A stretch of 64,000 bases of DNA from Planctomycetota bacterium. Its GTDB lineage: Bacteria; Planctomycetota; Planctomycetia; Planctomycetales; Planctomycetaceae. The stretch spans positions 2,184 to 66,183 of the forward strand of contig JAHZKX010000068.1 of the NCBI GenBank assembly GCA_022600195.1, read 5' to 3'. The position numbers were made by a program, and so were the translations under genes. Positions 11,256-21,467 of this stretch are shown in pieces. Below the pieces are notes generated by a model. That model made no database searches. It was not told the DNA's origin and saw only the letters and a list, made by a program, of their open reading frames with translations. Positions within the stretch are counted from its first letter, which is position 1. Every line of letters begins with the position of its first letter.

Positions 11256-12005
11256 TTGAACTCACAGACAGTACAACTTCTGGTCAGCATCAGGCATCGC
11301 GATGAAATCCTGCCCGCCCTTCAGGGGGGTTGTGACATCCTGGATCTAAAGGAGCCATTCAATGGCCCTCTGGCAATGGTTGATGAAGAAACGTTGCGCA
11401 CGATTTCTGAGTTTTTCTCAAACCACTCAGTGACTGTTCCCTTAAGCATGGCATTGGGAGAACTGGTGGAGTGGCAAGGAAAAAGCTCTTCTACTTTCAT
11501 TCCGAAAGAGATCAGCTATTTAAAAATGGGTTTGTCTCATACCGCCAGCAAAAAGAACTGGTATGCTGACTGGTTGGATTTGAGAACACGGGTCGAAGAC
11601 ATCAACAGCACCACGTTTCAGTGGATTGCAGTGGCATATGCAGATTGGCAACAGGCCCACTCCCTCTCGCCAGAGGAAGTTCTCACAGCCGCCATTTCAA
11701 GCCAGTGCACGGGTCTTTTAATTGATACTTATTCCAAACGAGGGCAGAGCCTTTTGGATTTTTTGTCACTCGAACAGATCGAGATTTTGATTGAACAGGC
11801 ACGGGCTCACAAATTAACAATTGCCCTGGCGGGATCGATTCATCACGAAAACCTGGCGTCATTGTCTGACGTTTCGCCAGATATTATCGGAATCCGCAGC
11901 GCAGCTTGTCGCGGTAATCTGCGAACGAACAAAGTGGAAGAAGCAGCAGTGAGAAGTTTTCGAAAACAACTCGACTGTCAATACGCCCTGACCGAATCAG
12001 GATGA
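11256..12005 (+). CDS. mfnB: (5-formylfuran-3-yl)methyl phosphate synthase-like protein (MfnB / DUF556 / Orf22)
   Basis: LLVSIR...ILDLKEPFNGPL, YLKMGL, AVAYAD, LLIDTYSK, ALAGSI, IIGIRSAAC, matching the DUF556 TIM-barrel pattern. Confidence 0.8.
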   Translation: MNSQTVQLLVSIRHRDEILPALQGGCDILDLKEPFNGPLAMVDEETLRTISEFFSNHSVTVPLSMALGELVEWQGKSSSTFIPKEISYLKMGLSHTASKKNWYADWLDLRTRVEDINSTTFQWIAVAYADWQQAHSLSPEEVLTAAISSQCTGLLIDTYSKRGQSLLDFLSLEQIEILIEQARAHKLTIALAGSIHHENLASLSDVSPDIIGIRSAACRGNLRTNKVEEAAVRSFRKQLDCQYALTESG

Positions 12006-13091
12006 CATATCAGTGGAAACCGTTTGCGCCTTTGCATCCTTCACTGGATTATAGGGAGCATACTTTTTCAGTTTCAACTTTTCGATCATGGGAATGACGT
12101 GGTCAGCAGGAATCGCAAAGGATTTTGTTCTGCCGGCGCGGGCAATATTTAACCCAATGGCCTGTCCATTAAGATTGACAATCACTCCCCCGCAATCTTC
12201 GGGACGTAATACAGCATCGTGTTGTAAGACTTCTGTAAAACCACTCTTACGCCGACTCAGCGCACCACCCATTTTTTTCTGCATTTCACGCAAGCGATCA
12301 TAAATCAACATCTGCGGATCAGTCAGAATGACGATTGCCGTGATTTCTTCATTTTCCCTGAGCACCTTCACTCGTACACGGTCTCCGGGCAGGAACTTTT
12401 CAACGAAATTCGAAAGTGCTCTTGCATTTTCAATATTTTCACCGGCTACATTCATAATTACATCACCGGGTTTCAGGCCAGCTTCTTCGGCACCACTCTC
12501 GCGCATCACCTGTTTGACGAGTGCGCCCCCCTCTGCATCGTCAATACGCACTCCCAGAACACCCGGCTGTGGCTTAATCGCACGTCTGGCGACACTCAGT
12601 ACTCCCACACTGACAGGGGACATGCTTAACCCGGGAGTCACCAACCACTGTCCCACTTTCGGATCGGAAGTGGACTGCCACTTGACCGTTGGTAGATTTT
12701 TCGCATTTATTTTGATCAACGCCAAATCCAGTTTGCCATCGACGCCGATAATTTCTGCTTCGTGTCGTTCTGCAGTCGCTAACTCACAGGTGACTTGTCC
12801 CTCCAGTTGACTGGCTTTGGTCAGAATCCACCCCTCCGAACCCACAATTGCTCCCAGAGAGACTTCTTTTCCATTAGCACGAACGCGCACAGTCCATGAT
12901 CGTGGAGTGGAAACAACGGAACGAAAGGCTTTACGGATTTGAGAGCCACTGGTGAGCTGACTTGGTCGCAATTGCTCCCAAGCAAATCCATCTGAGACGA
13001 GACTACCAATGAACATCGGAATGCTCAAAATCGTCATTACAAATCGAACAGAGGTCGATCCATTACATCTCTTTTTTTGATCCTGGCTCAA
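11997..13091 (-). CDS. S1C/HtrA-like pseudo-protease with internal PDZ domain
   Basis: ILTKAS where TNAH is expected, DLALIK, PDZ (GVLGVR...AGLKPGDVI), EDCGG where GxSGG is expected. Confidence 0.8.
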   Translation of the reverse strand: MSQDQKKRCNGSTSVRFVMTILSIPMFIGSLVSDGFAWEQLRPSQLTSGSQIRKAFRSVVSTPRSWTVRVRANGKEVSLGAIVGSEGWILTKASQLEGQVTCELATAERHEAEIIGVDGKLDLALIKINAKNLPTVKWQSTSDPKVGQWLVTPGLSMSPVSVGVLSVARRAIKPQPGVLGVRIDDAEGGALVKQVMRESGAEEAGLKPGDVIMNVAGENIENARALSNFVEKFLPGDRVRVKVLRENEEITAIVILTDPQMLIYDRLREMQKKMGGALSRRKSGFTEVLQHDAVLRPEDCGGVIVNLNGQAIGLNIARAGRTKSFAIPADHVIPMIEKLKLKKYAPYNPVKDAKAQTVSTDMSS

Positions 13092-13171
13092 TTGATTTCC
13101 CCCAGTTAACCTTTTGTTTGATCAGTTTATCAGTCTGAAAATTCGATCAAAATTGTTTTCTCAATTTTTCT

Positions 13172-14251
13172 CTAGTCTCTGGCTGCCAATTGGACTTCGA
13201 ACGACATGGTTTTCTTGTCACGAATCAGTTTGAGCTGAACCGTTTGTCCTGGTTTATATTGCTGAACGACGCCAGCCAGTTGTTCTATGCCTGTGATTTT
13301 CTGATCATTTAATTGAATAATCAGGTCATTTTCTTTGAGTCCTGCAATTTCCGCTGGAAACCCCCGAGTCACTCCCGTCACTTTACAGCCTTGTTCTGCA
13401 TCAATTCCATTCACTCCCAGAACAGCATTCTGCCCCAGAGGTTTTGCTCCCCACATATCACCTGAAACGAGCTTCTCCCAATTATTCTGAAAGGCAGAAA
13501 CAGGTATATGAAAATTCCAACTTGTAGCGGGTCCTATTCGACTATGAATTCCGATAACCTCTCCCTTCATATTGAAGAGTGGGCCTCCTGAATCACCGCC
13601 GATTAATGTGCAATCGGTTTGAATCAGATGTTTCTTTCGGGAGACGATTCTTCCCAAGCGAACCACTGGGGCGCGTCCTGACTGATAGCCATTCGGATGC
13701 CCTGTGGCAATCACCCATTCACCCGATTCCAATTTTGAAATATCTCCCATTTTTACCTGGGGAAGTTTATCGATTTCGATCTCATCGTTTTCCACGAGTT
13801 TCACCAGACCGGCATCCATTCCCCGGTTCAAACCCATCGTTTTTCCTTTTAATCTTCTGCCATCATGCAGAATAATTATGGCATTTTTTTGAGCCAGCCC
13901 AATCACATGTGCTGCTGTCAGGATATAACCTGCTTTATTATCAATAATGACACCGCTTCCCTGGGCATCGCCTACACGAACAGAAACCGTACTGTGAATG
14001 GATGACTCCGTGAGAGAAGTGACTTTTTTCTCAATCTGCTTTAGATCTTCCAGGGAGTCGGGAACAGTTTTGAAAAAGACTTGTGAGAGCTTCGAGGCAG
14101 GATCTGAACTCACAGGCTTTTGAACTTTGACCTTTTGAGCACTGAGAGGCGCAGCGGAAACCAGAACACCTAAGACCAGCACACTACTCACAATGCGCTT
14201 GAACAAAGAATTTTCAGCTGCTTCCAGATTCTTTAAACGGCTTACGCTCAT
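13172..14251 (-). CDS. S1C/HtrA-like serine protease with C-terminal PDZ domain
   Basis: Intact triad motifs YILTAAHV, MDAGLVK, GGDSGGPLF; PDZ AVLGVNG...AGLKENDLI; signal peptide. Confidence 0.9.
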   Translation of the reverse strand: MSVSRLKNLEAAENSLFKRIVSSVLVLGVLVSAAPLSAQKVKVQKPVSSDPASKLSQVFFKTVPDSLEDLKQIEKKVTSLTESSIHSTVSVRVGDAQGSGVIIDNKAGYILTAAHVIGLAQKNAIIILHDGRRLKGKTMGLNRGMDAGLVKLVENDEIEIDKLPQVKMGDISKLESGEWVIATGHPNGYQSGRAPVVRLGRIVSRKKHLIQTDCTLIGGDSGGPLFNMKGEVIGIHSRIGPATSWNFHIPVSAFQNNWEKLVSGDMWGAKPLGQNAVLGVNGIDAEQGCKVTGVTRGFPAEIAGLKENDLIIQLNDQKITGIEQLAGVVQQYKPGQTVQLKLIRDKKTMSFEVQLAARD

Positions 14252-14563
14252 AGTTCCTCTAGTAATGAGAAAGATAAATGTAGTTCTCAGGTAAGAGATA
14301 TTGATTATAGGATACGCGATCCGTGTCAGTGTTTACAAGAAAAAACAGGAAAAACAAACTGGTTAACTTTTTTTCTAAATTCTCTGCAAAATAGGACTTG
14401 TGTCCATTCTCAACCTTGCAAAAGTATTTCTGATCGCCATGATTTTCTTATTTCGTCAACCTTTCATTCATGAGGGTATTCAGTATGATTCCTGAAGGTT
14501 TCTGACATAAAACCCTTGTTTATATACTTCAAATTGACTTTAGATCGCAGAATCAATCAAAAA

Positions 14564-15112
14564 ATGGATATACAACAAACTGATTTTCCGGGTTTATTGA
14601 TCATCACTCCTCCAGTTTATTCGGACCAAAGGGGTTTCTTTAAGGAAACGTATCAGCAACAAAGGTACCAAGAGGCTGGCGTAGACGATTCATTTGTTCA
14701 GGATAACTTTTCCAGTTCCTCATCTGGGATATTGCGTGGATTACATTTTCAAATCAAACGACCACAGGCAAAGCTGGTTTTTGTAGCCCAGGGTGAAATT
14801 CTTGATGTTTGTGTTGATCTCCGAAAAAATTCTCCCACATTTGGAAAATCATTTTCGATAATACTCTCAGCTGACAATCATCAGCAACTTTTTGTGCCCG
14901 CAGGATTTGCACATGGTTTTTATGTAATTAGCCCTCAAGCGAATTTTCATTACAAATGCAGTGACTATTATTTTCCGGAATACGAACGAACGTTACTCTG
15001 GAATGATCCGGCTCTGGAAATCGACTGGCCTGTTACTTCAGAGCCGATCCTTTCTGAAAAAGATAAACTGGGTCTGCCTTTAAGTGAGATTGAAATTTTT
15101 GAAACGTTATGA
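14564..15112 (+). CDS. rmlC: dTDP-4-dehydrorhamnose 3,5-epimerase
   Basis: DQRGFFKE, QDNFS, GILRGLHFQ, VDLRKNSPTFG, VPAGFAHGF, YKCSDYY. Probable start ATG 14564. Confidence 0.95.
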   Translation: MDIQQTDFPGLLIITPPVYSDQRGFFKETYQQQRYQEAGVDDSFVQDNFSSSSSGILRGLHFQIKRPQAKLVFVAQGEILDVCVDLRKNSPTFGKSFSIILSADNHQQLFVPAGFAHGFYVISPQANFHYKCSDYYFPEYERTLLWNDPALEIDWPVTSEPILSEKDKLGLPLSEIEIFETL

Positions 15113-16146
15113 AGTTGCCTCTAATCGCATTAACCATGGGTGACGTTTCAGGCATTGGACCTCAATTACTGGATGCGCTTTGTTCTCAAGCTGATATTTT
15201 TCAAAGTTGTCGTCCGGTCGTTTATGGAAATGCGGAGATTCTGAGCCGCGCTTCTGAATTTTCTGGAAGCGCTCTGCGTGTAATTTCGATCGATAGCATC
15301 TTGGATGCGACTTCGTTCAAACCGGGTACTGCATACTGCCTTGATCGTGGTAAGGCGGATGTGCTAAACGCTGTTCCCTGTCAGATTGATGCACGATCGG
15401 GACAGGGTGCTCACGATTATCTGGTCAGTGCGATTGAAGACTGTCTGTCCGGACAAGTTGATGCAATGACAACCGCACCATTGAATAAAGAGGCGTTGCG
15501 TCTGGCGGGTATTGAATTTCCCGGCCATACAGAAATTCTGGCAGATCGCTGTCAGGTTGATGATTTCGGAATGATGCTCTACCTGCCTCAAAATGATGTG
15601 ATCAAACCAGCGGCAGGATTGGGAATCGTTCACGCCACTCTACACACATCGATCGCCAGTGTCCCCGGTTTACTTAACAGACAGGCGATCTATGAAAAGA
15701 CGCGTCTGATTTCCGGGTTAATGCAAATCATGGGAGTCTCAAATCCCCGCGTCGCGGTCTGCGCTCTGAACCCGCATGCGGGCGAACATGGACTGTTCGG
15801 CGATGAAGAAGCCCGGATCATTGCTCCCGCTGTTGCGGAGGCGAAACAATCTGGAATAAACGCAACAGGCCCTCTACCTGCAGATACTCTGATAAGAAGA
15901 GCCGTGAATGGTGAATTTGATGCTGTGGTCGCCATGTACCACGATCAAGGCCATATTCCTTTCAAACTTTTAGGTTTTGATCAGGCAGTCAACATCACAC
16001 TGGGCTTACCGATTGTCAGAACCAGCCCCAGTCATGGAACGGCCTTTGATATTGCCTGGACCGATACGGCACCTGATACCCGAGGTATTCTGGAAGCAAT
16101 CAAGGCGGCGGTAAAACTGGCGGTACAGAAAAAAAAGAGCCCGTAA
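15109..16146 (+). CDS. pdxA: 4-hydroxythreonine-4-phosphate dehydrogenase PdxA family
   Basis: TMGDVSGIGP, TAPLNK, FPGHTE, ALNPHAGE, PLPADT, YHDQGH, RTSPSHGTAFDIA. ATGA overlap with rmlC. Confidence 0.92.
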   Translation: MKLPLIALTMGDVSGIGPQLLDALCSQADIFQSCRPVVYGNAEILSRASEFSGSALRVISIDSILDATSFKPGTAYCLDRGKADVLNAVPCQIDARSGQGAHDYLVSAIEDCLSGQVDAMTTAPLNKEALRLAGIEFPGHTEILADRCQVDDFGMMLYLPQNDVIKPAAGLGIVHATLHTSIASVPGLLNRQAIYEKTRLISGLMQIMGVSNPRVAVCALNPHAGEHGLFGDEEARIIAPAVAEAKQSGINATGPLPADTLIRRAVNGEFDAVVAMYHDQGHIPFKLLGFDQAVNITLGLPIVRTSPSHGTAFDIAWTDTAPDTRGILEAIKAAVKLAVQKKKSP

Positions 16147-16171
16147 ACGGATACGATTTATTTCTGAAAGA

Positions 16172-16846
16172 ATGATGATGGAACGCCCAGAATTAATACC
16201 TCAACCCGACCCCAACGTCACCAACCTGCTATTGATCAGGCATGGTGCAACTCCCCCCAATGAACAACGCCCTTATATTCTCCAGGGCTGTGGAATTAAT
16301 CCGGGGCTGAGTGAATCGGGACAAAAACAGGCCGATGCGCTTTCTGAATTCCTTTCTAGAAACAGCGCGATCCAACATATTTACTGCAGCCCCATGATTC
16401 GCGCCAGAGAAACTGCGATAGCGATCGGCGAGCGATTTGGTTTGACCCCTCAGGAAATCGCAGAAATTCATGAATGTGATGTTGGTTTATGGGAAGGCAA
16501 GTCCTGGGACATCATCATGCAGGAATTCCCGGAAGAATACCGTGCATTTATGGAAGATTCCTCTCAAAATCGATATGCCGGAGGCGAATCCTATCACGAT
16601 GTACTTGATCGCTCGGAACCGGCAATCCAATCTGTGCTGGACCGACATCCGGGAGAAACAGTCGCAATAGTCGCGCACAATGTTGTAAATCGGGTTTACC
16701 TTGCAAAGCTGATGGGATTGGAAATCAAACGGGCCAAAGAGATCACGCAAACCAATACCGGAATCAACATCATCAGACACAAACAAGGAGAGACCAGACT
16801 GGTCACCATGAATGCCATTTTCCATCTAAGTGGCATTCCACACTAA
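16172..16846 (+). CDS. Histidine phosphatase (phosphoglycerate mutase-like) family protein
   Basis: LIRHGAT, SPMIRARETA, ECDVGLWEG, GGES, AHNVVNR. Confidence 0.9.
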   Translation: MMMERPELIPQPDPNVTNLLLIRHGATPPNEQRPYILQGCGINPGLSESGQKQADALSEFLSRNSAIQHIYCSPMIRARETAIAIGERFGLTPQEIAEIHECDVGLWEGKSWDIIMQEFPEEYRAFMEDSSQNRYAGGESYHDVLDRSEPAIQSVLDRHPGETVAIVAHNVVNRVYLAKLMGLEIKRAKEITQTNTGINIIRHKQGETRLVTMNAIFHLSGIPH

Positions 16847-17251
16847 AATTACTACTAATGTGTAAGAAACCGCACGCTGATTCTATTGTTGACGCTTATC
16901 AATTTTAGTGATTGTATGTAGTCGCCAAGGACCACCAGATTCCGACTGAAGACCTCGCTGGCGATATAACAATTGTTGACCCGAAATTCAGGCTACCCTA
17001 CGACGTTACTTATCGAGACTGTAGTAATATACGTAACATCCTCTGACAGCAAGTTAATTGCGGTAATAGTCACTTGCTTTCCACATTGCGCGAATCACCT
17101 TCGTTTTTGAAATCGATTCCGCAGCAAGCAAGAAATTCTGTGTGATTCCGACGATCATCGTCAGTGCAAAACAAAATCGAATCTAAAGCCACTTTTCTCG
17201 TTCGCACCATTGGCTCAATTAAGACAAACCATTTTATAACGGGAATTCATA

Positions 17252-19363
17252 TTAGTTCAAAACAGGAATCCACTGAACTGCATCAATAATCACATAACCA
17301 TCGGCATTTGCGTTGTTCACTTCCACTACCGCAGTTTGATCTGGCGTAAAATCATATTCTCCCAGAGAAATAAATACGCCATCCAACGGAGGGATCTTCT
17401 TCTGATTGATTGTGTGGTCTGCTTCCCCTGATGCATGAATTAATTTGATTTTAACTTTGGAACTACGATTGGAATTAGGGGTATAGGCGAAGCGCACTTC
17501 ATAACGTCCCGCTTTTGGTATTTTCGTTTCAAAACGGGCGGCTGCTTTCCCATCTCGTGAGTTTGATTCATGACTATAGCTGGTTCCAATGAACTTTTTG
17601 GATGACCTGCTGGTTTCCCAGACTCCTGTGAGTTTGGCTTGTGAATCGTCAATCACAATCCCTTTCAGTTTTGAAGGATCAACGCCATTACGCCCGTATT
17701 TTGCTTCGGGTGGTGTTTCCAATATCTGTCCTTCCTTCAAGAGTTGCTCACTGAGTATTGAGTAAGGAACATCCTGCACGTCCAGGTTCTGGTCCAGAGC
17801 AATGCCCGCAGCCGTTGCCGCTGAATGTCCCAGAATCATGAAAACCGGTTCCATACGGATGGAACCAAAGGCAATATGCGAACTTGAAACACAGACGGGC
17901 ACGAGTAGATTGCCACATTCTTCTTTCCGGGGAACCAGACTCCCATATGCAATTTTATAAGGACCTCGCGTAGAAACGCCGATATCTCCTTCATTCTGTA
18001 CAAACCCTTTCGGTGTCACATATCGCTGCACGTTATGGGAATCCATCGTATAGGAACCCATCCCGACCGAATCTGGCGTTGGACGTTTTTTGAGCAGCTC
18101 TTTCTCTGTCATCACAAACTGTCCGACCATACGCCGGGCTTCGCGAATATAGAGTTGATGTGGCCAGTTTCCATTGTCTTTGAATTCATCTCTGGCAAGC
18201 CCCCATTGACGCATCTTTTGTTGCACTTCTTGCGGTACGCGTGGATCATTGGCAATAAAATACAACCAGCCTTTTTGATAAGTTTCGTGTTCTTTAATGA
18301 TTTCCATTCTGCGCTCGTAAGAGGCTTCCGGGTAATCGTAATTAAATCCGATGTTATCTGTGCTCATCGGACCATGATTATTTGTATCCGTTTTATAATT
18401 GGGAATTGGATCGAACTTGGCAAAGGTTTCTCTCCACCCTGCCTGATAAATTCGTAACAGCAACTCATACTGATCTGCGTCGTATCCAGCTGGCCTGGGG
18501 AATGGCACCCGGTTTGCCTCGTGATTGGTCAGACACATTCGGAAACAATAGGCCTGAATTTTGTCATCACCGGAGCCGTACTTTCCGGGATTGGCACCAC
18601 TGATGCGCGGCAGTAAACCGCTGGAGGCGTCTCCGGGGGTACGATAAGGGCTGATCTTTTTCTTGACCGCTTTGGGACCAAAGTGATGTTTGTGGTGCAA
18701 AATACCGGTCTGAACTCCGTTCCATTCTTCGCCATACACACTTTTAGCTTCACGACCAACATGATAACTCACGCCTGCGGTTGCCATCAGATCGCCTTCA
18801 TAGGTCGCATCGATAAACATGCGACCGGCAAAAGTTTTGCCGCTGAGTGTGGTAATGGAAGTGATATTTTTGCCGGACTTTTTCACGCCCTGCTTTCGAT
18901 CCAGCCATTCATTTCGGAACAGGGGAATCTGGTATTCGCGGACAAAGTCTTCGAACACCTGCTCTGCAACGTGCGGCTCGAAGATCCACATCGTTCGCTG
19001 TTTCCCGTCGATAGCAGGAGTACCTTGCCCCTTATCCCCATATTCGTTCTGTTTCTGCCACTTCCAGGCATCTTTTTTCTGATAATGCTTCCAGACGCGA
19101 TGATAAAAGTCTCGCGCCAATCCACCAATGACGGCTTTATTGCCCGTGTCAGTCCAACCGAGACCGCCACTCGATAAACCTCCGAGGTGTTGATCGGGAC
19201 TGACAATCACTACAGTCTTTCCTAAGCGCTTGGCTTGAACGGCAGCGGTCACCGCAGAGGATGTTCCTCCATAAACAACGACATCATATTTTTCTGCATA
19301 AACAATTTGTACTGACACCAATAAAGACAGACAAAAAGTGATCAACTGACGCATCGATCTCAT
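17252..19363 (-). CDS. Secreted FAD-dependent oxidoreductase with C-terminal xanthan-lyase/golvesin-like beta domain
   Basis: VVVYGGTSSAVTAA, GGLSSGGL, FIDATYEGDL, YIREARR, IRMEPVFM; C-terminal IVIDD...GRYEVRF...ADAVQW-like domain (IDAVQW). Probable start ATG 19363 with GGAGA RBS. Confidence 0.85.
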   Translation of the reverse strand: MRSMRQLITFCLSLLVSVQIVYAEKYDVVVYGGTSSAVTAAVQAKRLGKTVVIVSPDQHLGGLSSGGLGWTDTGNKAVIGGLARDFYHRVWKHYQKKDAWKWQKQNEYGDKGQGTPAIDGKQRTMWIFEPHVAEQVFEDFVREYQIPLFRNEWLDRKQGVKKSGKNITSITTLSGKTFAGRMFIDATYEGDLMATAGVSYHVGREAKSVYGEEWNGVQTGILHHKHHFGPKAVKKKISPYRTPGDASSGLLPRISGANPGKYGSGDDKIQAYCFRMCLTNHEANRVPFPRPAGYDADQYELLLRIYQAGWRETFAKFDPIPNYKTDTNNHGPMSTDNIGFNYDYPEASYERRMEIIKEHETYQKGWLYFIANDPRVPQEVQQKMRQWGLARDEFKDNGNWPHQLYIREARRMVGQFVMTEKELLKKRPTPDSVGMGSYTMDSHNVQRYVTPKGFVQNEGDIGVSTRGPYKIAYGSLVPRKEECGNLLVPVCVSSSHIAFGSIRMEPVFMILGHSAATAAGIALDQNLDVQDVPYSILSEQLLKEGQILETPPEAKYGRNGVDPSKLKGIVIDDSQAKLTGVWETSRSSKKFIGTSYSHESNSRDGKAAARFETKIPKAGRYEVRFAYTPNSNRSSKVKIKLIHASGEADHTINQKKIPPLDGVFISLGEYDFTPDQTAVVEVNNANADGYVIIDAVQWIPVLN

Positions 19364-19573
19364 AAGTACAATTTCTCCAGGATGACAATAAATTAATGGT
19401 GACTTATTTAAGGGTTCGATTATTTGATCATTCATTCTACAGAAGAGCCAGACCAATACAAAGCTGGAATCTGCTCAGACTGCGACGATCTTGATTTACA
19501 CTATATATTCACTAATCTTATGGAAGCATCTCACCTTCCCTGACATCAGATCAAGAGTGGCGGTGTTGCTGAA

Positions 19574-20143
19574 ATGTTCTTGAACTGGTTTAATACCACT
19601 CTCTTGACCAAGCATCCCGCAGATTCTTTGACCACGACGCTATCAATTCAAAACGGACTTAGAGTGACAGAAGAAGTAACTGCCTACCATGAAGCAGGCC
19701 ATGTATTGATGGCGATTTACGTCGGCGCCCGCGTACATTCGGTCACAGTGGATCCTGACTGGGATGATGGCCCGGAACGATTTGGCGATGCACAAATTTC
19801 CTGGCCGGAGGGAGTGTTCGACGAAAAAACATTTCTCGAAAAAACCATTCTCGTTTCTTTAGCCGGCCCTGTCGCTGAAATGATCCATACGGGAGATCCA
19901 TTTCACCCTGCAATGGTTGGTGAGTGGTCTGGCGACTGGCAACAGGCGTTGAGAGCAGCATCCCTGCTGATCAAACAGCGACAGGCCAGAATGCAATATC
20001 TGGAACAAAAAACGCTGGCCCTTTATCAGTTGTTTCGTCAAGACTCATTCTGGTCTGCCATCGGGGATCTGGTGGATCATCTTCTGGCACATGAGACACT
20101 CGAAGAAGAAATGATTAACGATATTATCTCAAACTGGATTTGA
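19574..20143 (+). CDS. Standalone M41/FtsH-like zinc peptidase domain protein
   Basis: TAYHEAGH, SLAGPVAE, HLLAHETL. No AAA domain. True start may be GTG 19664. Confidence 0.65.
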   Translation: MFLNWFNTTLLTKHPADSLTTTLSIQNGLRVTEEVTAYHEAGHVLMAIYVGARVHSVTVDPDWDDGPERFGDAQISWPEGVFDEKTFLEKTILVSLAGPVAEMIHTGDPFHPAMVGEWSGDWQQALRAASLLIKQRQARMQYLEQKTLALYQLFRQDSFWSAIGDLVDHLLAHETLEEEMINDIISNWI

Positions 20144-20255
20144 TCCAATTAAGATGAGACGCCCCTCTCTACCAACACTAACTAAAATCCTGTTTTCCAC
20201 AACTTCTCACTCCGATTTCTTTCTGTTAAGATGGATATTCAACCAATCATGGTGA

Positions 20256-21323
20256 ATGGTATCTAACAGGAGCACAGAAAGAGTGAGTCAGTTACAAAAC
20301 CCCAGCAAACTGCCCGGCCCTTTTTTGATTCCCGCTGCCTGGAAAGGTAATGAGCTTTTCCAGCGCGAAGACTGGTTGATCAAATTAAATGCAGACCATC
20401 TCCATGATCTACAGGAAGCATTACACGCCATCACTTCTGAAAACCTGTCTTTTGATCAAATTACTGTAGAACGATTTCCACTTCCGAGACTGGGGCCCGT
20501 TTTACATCAGATACAAGATCGGCTGGAACATGGCTCTGGTGCATGTCAATTGAAAGGTCTTCCCGTCGATAACTATTCTGCCGCAGAACGAGAGAGTCTG
20601 TTCTATTTGATCTCGATTCATCTAGGGACTCCTGTTTCGCAAAGTGCTACGGGAGAAAAAGTCTTTCATGTCAGAGACGAGGGTTTTCAGGTTGGTCAGG
20701 CCCAGGCACGCGGACCAAATACTCGCAAAAGACTCAGCTTTCATACTGATCGTTGTGATGTGATCGGGTTTCTGTGTATTCAACAGGCAGTTTCTGGTGG
20801 AGACAATCAACTGGTCAGTTCCGTTTCGCTGTTTAATGAAATGCGTGAGCGCTGGCCTGATCTGACAAAGGTGCTGATGCAGCCTTTTTATTATTTAAGG
20901 CATAATGTAGATACAGGGAATCAAAAGCCCTATTGTCAGCAACCCATCTTTTCAATACAGGAAGGGCATTTTGCAGGCAGTTTCTTGCGCGTGCTGATTG
21001 AACGTGCTTACGCAGCTCCCGATCTGCCAGAGATGACACAAGCCCAGCAAGACGCGATGAATCAACTGGAAGCTCTGGCAGAGTCTCCAAAAATGAGTGT
21101 CAAATTTCGTCAGGAACCGGGAGATTTACTGTTTCTCAATAACTGGGTTACGTTTCATCGACGCGATGATTTTCAAGATGCCGATGAACCAAATTTAAAA
21201 CGGCACCTGTTACGAGCTTGGTTATCTGTTCCCAACAGTCGCCCTCTAAATCCAATGTTTGCAGACAACTATGGCAACACGGCTGCCGGATCAATACGTG
21301 GAGGAATGCAACCAACCCATTAA
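20256..21323 (+). CDS. TauD/TfdA family Fe(II)/2-oxoglutarate dioxygenase
   Basis: FHTDRCD (HxD), PGDLLFLNN..TFHRR, RHLLRAWL. Confidence 0.88.
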   Translation: MVSNRSTERVSQLQNPSKLPGPFLIPAAWKGNELFQREDWLIKLNADHLHDLQEALHAITSENLSFDQITVERFPLPRLGPVLHQIQDRLEHGSGACQLKGLPVDNYSAAERESLFYLISIHLGTPVSQSATGEKVFHVRDEGFQVGQAQARGPNTRKRLSFHTDRCDVIGFLCIQQAVSGGDNQLVSSVSLFNEMRERWPDLTKVLMQPFYYLRHNVDTGNQKPYCQQPIFSIQEGHFAGSFLRVLIERAYAAPDLPEMTQAQQDAMNQLEALAESPKMSVKFRQEPGDLLFLNNWVTFHRRDDFQDADEPNLKRHLLRAWLSVPNSRPLNPMFADNYGNTAAGSIRGGMQPTH

Positions 21324-21467
21324 AACAAAAGCGACTTCAAAACCAGCTGATTGCGGGCTTTACCTCAGACATGTATCTGTTGAAATCAACCTTTGTAATA
21401 ATGTAGATTTCAGTTAAAATCTGAGATTCATCCATCATACCAGCATTAAGTCCAGATTCAGGATTCC

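Noticed and set aside
16858-17046. Protein-like frame in the 400-bp spacer (MCKKPHADS...YQF**LYVVAKDHQIPTEDLAGD...)
   Set aside because: It has two consecutive stops and no recognisable family, so it cannot be called a pseudogene from sequence alone.
21422-21430. TGAGATTCA upstream of ybaN, resembling the hemP operator core
   Set aside because: It matches the Fur consensus at only about 9/19. It is tempting because ybaN is iron-linked in other bacteria, but it is too weak to call.
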